A stretch of 64,000 nucleotides of DNA from Myxococcota bacterium (GTDB taxonomy: Bacteria; Myxococcota_A; Polyangia; JAAYKL01): contig JASJCT010000002.1 of assembly GCA_030065855.1 (NCBI GenBank), forward strand, positions 5,414-69,413. Direction: 5' to 3'. The notes beneath the pieces were generated by a model. That model worked only from the letters and a program-made list of their open reading frames with translations, ran no database searches and had not been told where the DNA came from. A program made the position numbers and the translations under genes. Positions 59,281 to 64,000 of this stretch are shown piece by piece (within the stretch, counting starts at the first letter, position 1; every line of letters starts with the position of its first letter).

Positions 59281-59323
59281 TCTTGCCTCCTCAGAATAGT
59301 TTTATCTTTTGACTATTAATTAA

Positions 59324-59338
59324 GCAAAATTCGATCCA
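59324..59338 (-). promoter_or_regulatory. Putative sigma54 promoter
   Basis: TGGATC-GAATT-TTGC on the minus strand, 44 bp upstream of the 59280 ATG. Confidence 0.5.
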
Positions 59339-59562
59339 AATTGGAGAATTTCATAATCACGAAAAATCCATGCAGTTGGCGCTACTCTGTCCGCCTACCC
59401 TGGCGTCCGAATGTCTACCAAAGTGGACACCTTCTAAGCGACACAACTACCTATCGGTGAAGTTTGTAATAATGGCTTCGTCAGGGAGAGGGGTCACCCA
59501 TTAGAAGTGGATTCCTGCGAAGTAAATATTCCACATAAGAGGCAAATATGGTATAGTGGTTT

Positions 59563-60075
59563 ATGTTCAAAAAGACCAATCCACAGCGCGAGTTGTTTAG
59601 AGTCGAAACGAAAATACCGCAAGGGCTCCGGGCTCGGCTCAAAGGGTCATGGGCGGAGGTATTTCGCAACGAGGTGCTCTCCACCCTCATGGACTGCGAA
59701 GAGGATTTCTCGATTCTCTACGGCATCACGGGACGTCCGAATTTCAGCGTCGGTCGCATGTTGGGTTTGTGCTTGTTGCAGGAGCTCAATCGGCTGACGG
59801 ACAAAGAGGCACTCGATGCCTTCGGTTTCGACATCCGATGGCAATATGCTCTCGACGTTACTGGAGACGAAACATACCTTTCGAGACGATCGTTGGTGGA
59901 GTTTCGGAGTCGGTTGGTCAAAGCGGATCCGGAGATGAAATTGATGCGCGGCGTGTTCAATCGTATCAGTCACGCAGCAATCGAAAAGCTCGGGGTGTCA
60001 GTAGCCGAGCAACGACTGGATTCTACGCACATTCAATCAAATATTCATTCCCGTGGCCGACTTTCGTTGTTTCAA
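59563..60075 (+). pseudogene. Truncated DDE transposase (IS5/IS1182-like, DUF772/InsH N-terminal domain)
   Basis: LY..TGRPN, LQEL..LTD.EA, FDIRWQYAL, SLVEFR.R and QRLDSTHI.SN (first catalytic D). Homology ends where the repeat array starts. Confidence 0.85.
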
Positions 60076-60176
60076 GGACAAACTGGGGACGGAGGACAGG
60101 ACAAACTGGGGACCAAACTGGGGACGGAGGACAAACTGGGGACCAAACTGGGGACGACCAAACTGGGGACGGAGGT
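60076..60176 (+). repeat. Irregular tandem array of CAAACTGGGGAC (6 copies)
   Basis: Copies start at 60079, 60102, 60114, 60132, 60144 and 60159, separated by GGAGGA/GAC fragments. Confidence 0.95.
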
Positions 60177-60438
60177 CTTTATTCAACTAGATTGGGCAGT
60201 TGGCATATCAGACTCAAGGCGCTTTAATCAGTTGGCTGACTTCATCGCTGATTTTGTAATGACTCGATATTCATGGGTGTTCTTTGCGCTTGGTTCAGCG
60301 CACTTCGAGACATAGCAGAGTGCTTTGAGCACCGTGAAGCGAGAATCCCTATCATTTCTGATAGATCAATGCCTTCCCGCTTCCCTTTGCAGCAAGATCT
60401 TTAACGCCCCTGATCTGTTTTTTACTCCACGATGTTTA

Positions 60439-61158
60439 TCACGAGCGCAGAGGTCTACCCCGTATCCTGATCGCATATAGCAAGCCCTCGAAGTCTGATG
60501 TGCATCGCGGTGTGTCCACTGTTTCATCTGGACAGTCGTCAATCAGACTCTGTTGTCGCAAATATAAGTCACACAGTCGCCGGTACTTCTTCCGTCGCGC
60601 TGCTGCCGTCTTTCCACACCCTAGATATGCCTGCGGCGGCGTTAGGTGCGCCGTGTACTTATTTCTCTCACCAAATGCATAGAACCGATAGGAGGAGTGC
60701 TTGTAGTTGGAGGGGTGATAGACTATCCCGGCCCTTACCGGATTGGCGTCGCAGTAGAACATGGTTTTGAGCACTTCATATTCATTCTTTATTTCAGTCG
60801 TTCTCGGACGGTCATAGGCCACTTTACCCTGGCGACCGTGTCTTCGATTATAGCCCATGCCAAATCTGGAATGGGCGTTTCTCATCCAATTTCCAAGCAA
60901 CTTAACAGCTTGTTTAAGACCCCTTTTCTTGTTGATTTTAGGGAGCACGCGTCCCACTTCGTGGGTGTGGGTTCCCATGAGGCAGTAGCCATGGACCTGA
61001 ATGTTCTTTCTGAAATTTTCGGTATAAGTATCGAACAGTGCATTGAGATAGTTGTATTTTTCGGCATCCTGGGCAAAGACGCACTCTCGATTATGGGCGC
61101 GCCACATTTTGTGGAAAACACCAGTAACGGACAGGGAAAGGGATCTTGGGGTGCGCAT
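60439..61158 (-). CDS. REP-associated-type tyrosine (HUH, Y1) transposase
   Basis: MRTPR, FHKMWRAHNRE, YCLMGTHTH (HUH), YNRRHGRQG, FYCDANPVRAG (catalytic Tyr) and YKHSSY motifs. Confidence 0.92.
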   Translation of the reverse strand: MRTPRSLSLSVTGVFHKMWRAHNRECVFAQDAEKYNYLNALFDTYTENFRKNIQVHGYCLMGTHTHEVGRVLPKINKKRGLKQAVKLLGNWMRNAHSRFGMGYNRRHGRQGKVAYDRPRTTEIKNEYEVLKTMFYCDANPVRAGIVYHPSNYKHSSYRFYAFGERNKYTAHLTPPQAYLGCGKTAAARRKKYRRLCDLYLRQQSLIDDCPDETVDTPRCTSDFEGLLYAIRIRGRPLRS

Positions 61159-61281
61159 GATTCAGATACCTGTCAATCTCTGTGCCAAAAACAGAACCTA
61201 AGCAAATACGGACTGATAGGAAAGGAACCCAGCACTTAGAGCGGCGACATGAGGTGGCGACCGGCGGGTTCGCCGCTCATA

Positions 61282-61454
61282 TTGCCGATGTGGATTGGCC
61301 GATCATTCCACCTCCGTCCCCGTGACTGTTGCCGATGTGGATTGGCCGATCATTCCACCTCCGTCCCCGTGACTTTCCACCTCCGTCCCCGTGACTGTCC
61401 CCGTGACTGTCCCCGTGACTGTCCCCGTGACTCCGTGACTTTGTCCCCGTGACT
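61282..61454 (-). repeat. Nested tandem array: 47-bp unit x2, then a shorter unit, then GTCCCCGTGACT repeats (7 full copies in total)
   Basis: TTGCCGATGTGGATTGGCCGATCATTCCACCTCCGTCCCCGTGACT(G) at 61282 and 61329; a 22-bp version at 61375; 12-mers at 61397, 61409, 61421 and 61443. Confidence 0.95.
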
Positions 61455-61645
61455 TGTAGAGGAGAAACAAAAGCGGGTTTTTTACAACTGGCTGCAATAC
61501 TTCGACCGCGAAACACGAAACACTGAAAAAGGAAATCGAAAATAAAGGCCCGCGGATCGATGCCTTCCTCGGCAATGTTGCGGGTGACGCCTTTGACCCA
61601 GCACTGAACGAATTCGCCATCATCGCGAGGAAGCCATTCAACTGA
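61454..61645 (+). pseudogene. Diverged duplicate of the 3' end of the methyltransferase gene (54948-55132)
   Basis: Long identical stretches (e.g. GCGGATCGATGCCTTCCTCGGCAATGTTGCGGGTGACGCCTTTGACCCAGCACTGAACGAATTCGCCATCAT); a 7-bp duplication CGAAACA causes a frameshift. Confidence 0.92.
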
Positions 61646-61694
61646 AAATGACATCCCAATCTAGAAAAAAGTTGGAACGAGAAGATCCCAAGAC

Positions 61695-61775
61695 CCTTAC
61701 GTCGCTGGCCTCAGGACCATGTCCATCAGTGTTCTATTGTCTGAATAGTCCAGGATCCAGAGATCACACTTTCCT
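61695..61775 (-). pseudogene. Duplicate of the 3' end of the HAD gene (57444-57524)
   Basis: 81 bp with three mismatches by eye. Confidence 0.92.
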
Positions 61776-61942
61776 ACTTTCCTAACCCTTGATTATGACA
61801 CTCCCCCTTGAAGATTACTCAAATTTAATAGAATATCTTCGGCAGACAGAATTGTTTTGCGTTACCTCGCTCGCTTCTGTCTGATACGTTAAAGGTCTGA
61901 GCCAGCTGTCTGTTCGGAGGCGCTTTGCGAAAGGCCAGGGGC

Positions 61943-62350
61943 ATGGCCGAGACGAATGTGTTGTTGGTCGACGACGAAGCGGATTTTCTGTCGCGCCTAT
62001 CAGAACGCCTACAGGCATTTGGCCTAAATACTTTGAACGCCACCTCTGGAGAAGAGGCCCTGCTCATCATGAAGCAGCTGCCCATCGATGTGGTTATCTT
62101 GGATGTCTTGATGCCTAACGAGAACGGCATTGACATCCTCGCAGACATCAAGCAGGACCATCCGCATACAGCGGTCATGCTGCTGAGCGGCGTGGCGGAT
62201 TTATCTACAACTATCGAGGGGATGCGGCGGCGCGCGTTCGACTATCTCATCAAACCGGTAAATATAGATGAGCTGATTGCCCGCATACGGGATGCCGCGA
62301 AAAGAAAATCACTCCAATCAGAACTCGCATACAATCAGGGCGGGGGGTAA
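61943..62350 (+). CDS. Single-domain response regulator
   Basis: VLLVDDE, ILDVLMP, LSG and FDYLIKP motifs. Confidence 0.92.
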   Translation: MAETNVLLVDDEADFLSRLSERLQAFGLNTLNATSGEEALLIMKQLPIDVVILDVLMPNENGIDILADIKQDHPHTAVMLLSGVADLSTTIEGMRRRAFDYLIKPVNIDELIARIRDAAKRKSLQSELAYNQGGG

Positions 62351-62354
62351 TCAT

Positions 62355-64000
62355 ATGAAACTGCCCCAATGGCTTTTGAGATTCCTCGGCCTGAAAAAAG
62401 ATGCACAAAATATCGAAGCGCTGAGGGCTGAATTCAAGGTCCACTCCCACGATTTTAAACTGTTGTTAATCGCCAACAACCAGGCATTAGAGCTGATGAA
62501 CGAGGTCGAAGCCGCGCTCAAGGGCAACAGGCCCTTTGAGATGAATTTCGTGCATACAAAATGCTGCCGGATCGCTGCCAATGTCTATCGCATGATTCAC
62601 TATCTCAACGAGCTTGCACCAGGTAAATACGACCTTCTTTTTGATCGCTACCTCGACATTCAAGAGAAAATAGGGGCTTGTATCACCTATACCTTCGAAC
62701 CAAAAGACAGCCCCATGGTCATGAACCTCTGTGATTTGGACAGATCCTTTGTGGACTGGGCCGGCGGGAAAATGTCCAACCTGGGAGAGCTCAAGCAGGA
62801 GGTCGGGATCAATATACCAGACGGGTTTGTCGTGACCTTAGCAGGATTCCAGCTTTTTATGAATCACGACAACCTACAACTGAAGATCGGAAAAACCACC
62901 CAATCGTTGGCAACTGACGAGTATGATTACTTCTTTGATCTCAGTGAGTTACTAACCGATATGATCTTAGCAGCACCCTTTCCTCCGGCCCTAGAGGCCG
63001 AAATCCTCAGCGCGTATAATACACTCTGCGCTGCCCATGGACGGGATATGCCAGTGGCAGTCCGCAGCAGCTCGCCACTGGAAGACCTGCCTGGAAAATC
63101 CATGGCCGGCCAATATTACACAGAGCTGGGTGTGATGCGCACCGGCCTGCTCGATGCTTATAAGAAAGTCGTTGCGAGCAAATACAGTTATCAGTCAATG
63201 GCCTATCGCCGCCAATTGGGCGTACGAGACGAAGACATGGCCATGTGTGTCGGCTTCATGCCAATGGTAGAGGCTGTTAGTGGTGGCGTGCTCTATACAT
63301 CCGATCCCCTGGATCCCACCGAGGACTGCGCAACGATCTTCTCGGTCTTTGGACTGCCCAAGGCAGTAGTGGATGGCACGGCACCTGTGGATAGATTTTC
63401 AGTCTGCAATGAATCAGACAGGCAAATCATAAAGAAAGAAATCGCATCCAAACCCACAATGCTCACAGCCGTGGATGCCGGTGGCTACCAGGAGACAAAC
63501 ACGGAAAGCCAGGCATTTGACCCCTCTTTGAGCGACGACCAAGCCTGTGAATTGGCGACAATCGCTAAGACTATCGAGACCTATTACGACGCTCCCCAGG
63601 ATATCGAGTGGGCCCTGGACAAGAATGGGCAGTTCGTCATTCTTCAGAGCCGCCCGCTGGCAAAGGGCAAGCAGGAAAGCCGCCTATCTGGCATAAAAAG
63701 TCCGCGAGATCTGGGGGTTGCTCCCCTGCTCGAAGGCGGTGTTGCAGCAGGGTCAGGGATTGCTAGTGGTGCGGTTTTCATCGTTCGCAGCGAAAGGGAC
63801 ATGCTTCGATTTCCCCCAAACGCGGTGCTCGTCTCTACCGATGCCCTCCCGATTTGGGCCGTGCTAATGGATCGGGCCGCAGCAGTGATTACCGAGGGAG
63901 GCAGCGTGGCCGGGCATTTGGCCTGTGTGGCCAGGGAATCAGGCATTCCAGCCCTGTTCGGCACACCCGGCGCAACAGCTGTTCTGAAAGACGGCCAACT
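62355..64000 (+). CDS. PEP/pyruvate-binding (PEP synthase/PPDK-like) protein, 3'-truncated by window edge
   Basis: Absent from the ORF track because it has no stop. Manual translation gives MKLPQWLLRF..., GGKMSNLGEL, AVRSSSPLED, AGQY, PQDIEWA, LQSRPL and the phospho-His motif TEGGSVAGHLACVARE, all in frame. Confidence 0.9.
   Translation, partial: MKLPQWLLRFLGLKKDAQNIEALRAEFKVHSHDFKLLLIANNQALELMNEVEAALKGNRPFEMNFVHTKCCRIAANVYRMIHYLNELAPGKYDLLFDRYLDIQEKIGACITYTFEPKDSPMVMNLCDLDRSFVDWAGGKMSNLGELKQEVGINIPDGFVVTLAGFQLFMNHDNLQLKIGKTTQSLATDEYDYFFDLSELLTDMILAAPFPPALEAEILSAYNTLCAAHGRDMPVAVRSSSPLEDLPGKSMAGQYYTELGVMRTGLLDAYKKVVASKYSYQSMAYRRQLGVRDEDMAMCVGFMPMVEAVSGGVLYTSDPLDPTEDCATIFSVFGLPKAVVDGTAPVDRFSVCNESDRQIIKKEIASKPTMLTAVDAGGYQETNTESQAFDPSLSDDQACELATIAKTIETYYDAPQDIEWALDKNGQFVILQSRPLAKGKQESRLSGIKSPRDLGVAPLLEGGVAAGSGIASGAVFIVRSERDMLRFPPNAVLVSTDALPIWAVLMDRAAAVITEGGSVAGHLACVARESGIPALFGTPGATAVLKDGQ

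Larger units (their letters stand above)
60079..61454 (-). mobile_element. Y1-HUH (RAYT-like) element bounded by inverted GGGGACGGAGGT ends with outward tandem arrays
   Basis: The left end reads ...CAAACTGGGGACGGAGGT inward and the right end reads ...AGTCACGGGGACGGAGGT inward on the minus strand; a single transposase gene lies between them. Confidence 0.8.

Noticed and set aside
54240-59300. Integron cassette array
   Set aside because: The genes are in mixed orientations, and no attC-like RYYYAAC...GTTRRRY sites or integrase were recognised.
60076-60315. C-terminal KLGT-repeat domain of the 250-aa transposase ORF
   Set aside because: This is translation of the end array and element interior after the truncation point, not transposase sequence.

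Overview
Chromosomal segment of a Gram-negative bacterium, most likely an uncultured Myxococcota/deltaproteobacterium. The basis is rpmB, lpxB and dciA, tandem TIGR02266/PilZ domains, zinc-ribbon Ser/Thr kinases, Asp-Thr-repeat lipoproteins and several sigma54-type promoters. The first ~54 kb holds: a kinase-centred signalling operon; a low-GC kinase-AAA-GAF-SpoIIE giant; a pair of TPR/DUF3857 transglutaminase-like proteins; two lipid/acyl-CoA gene clusters with palindromic operators; GH31/GH85 glycosidases; an OPT transporter; an orphan flgE; a Tat-exported tailspike-like protein; and a CotH kinase. The region 54.2-61.8 kb is a scrambled island containing a mutL 5' stub, a truncated DDE transposase, and duplicated gene ends that preserve an empty versus filled insertion site. 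It also contains an intact Y1-HUH (RAYT-like) transposase whose two ends share an inverted GGGGACGGAGGT core. Each end is extended outward by a stuttering, telomere-like array of a 12-nt N6-GGGGAC unit, and each array coincides with truncation of the neighbouring gene. A third array with the same GGGGACGG core sits 23 kb away inside a GTAG REP pair. This HUH/G-rich end-array system is the most unusual feature. No tRNA, rRNA, CRISPR array or prophage was recognised.
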